Positions 63,994-64,000 of a stretch of DNA of 64,000 nt are shown piece after piece (within the stretch, counting starts at the first letter, position 1; the number at the start of each line of letters is the position of its first letter). This DNA comes from a virus. A model generated the notes under the pieces. It made no database searches and had not been told where the DNA came from. It saw only the letters and a list, made by a program, of their open reading frames with translations. The stretch lies in IMG/VR virus record IMGVR_UViG_3300008117_000001; one strand, written 5' to 3'. A program made the translations under genes and the position numbers.

Positions 63994-64000
63994 TTACTAT
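63994..64000 (+). promoter_or_regulatory. Probable sixth TTACTAT(A) motif, cut by window end
   Basis: TTACTAT occurs just after the stop of 62814..63983, at the last bases of the window. Confidence 0.4.

Noticed and set aside
1-64000. Stop-codon reassignment as seen in some large phages
   Set aside because: TAA, TAG and TGA all terminate well-supported genes (e.g. 3128, 5462, 5842), and conserved enzymes are full-length in the standard code.
1-64000. Bacterial chromosome or extracellular contractile injection system (eCIS/tailocin) instead of a phage
   Set aside because: The co-oriented baseplate genes are linked to a full phage-type replication, nucleotide-metabolism, sigma, holin and endolysin set, with no housekeeping operons.

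Overview
The window is a 64-kb, AT-rich (about one-third GC by eye) segment of a large contractile-tailed dsDNA phage. It is gene-dense and almost entirely on the + strand. (1) 1-28.3 kb is the virion tail/baseplate module: a 5'-truncated hub protein carrying a staphylococcal-nuclease-like domain, a tail lysin with M15 peptidase and lytic transglycosylase motifs, a spike OB-fold protein, gp25-like and baseplate-J-like wedge proteins, several very large structural proteins and a holin. (2) 28.4-52.3 kb covers nucleotide metabolism, replication, repair and transcription: class II RNR, ThyX, dCMP deaminase, C5 DNA methyltransferase, SNase, pyrimidine-dimer glycosylase, DnaB, AEP primase, DnaE, PD-(D/E)XK nucleases, a sigma-like factor, RNase HI and dNMP kinase, with three glycosyltransferase-like genes interspersed. 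(3) 52.3-57.9 kb holds about 11 tiny Lys-rich proteins, an LPXTG-anchored surface protein and an endolysin cassette. (4) 58-64 kb holds an exonuclease, tRNA-Ser(GCT), a glycan-modification cluster (3 GT2, FkbM-type methyltransferase, NeuD-type acetyltransferase) and a Pro/Thr repeat protein. Holin type, LPXTG sorting signal and a leaderless-type promoter point to an actinobacterial host (inference). The most striking unexplained signals are: 15 dispersed Ala-Thr-Pro tripeptides in one baseplate protein of a phage with at least 5 GT2 genes (candidate virion glycosylation system); a nuclease-bearing baseplate hub; a TTACTATA motif 36-43 nt upstream of five putative late genes (candidate promoter for the phage sigma factor); and a phage-encoded sortase substrate. 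All family assignments come from motif recognition by eye; no database searches were run.
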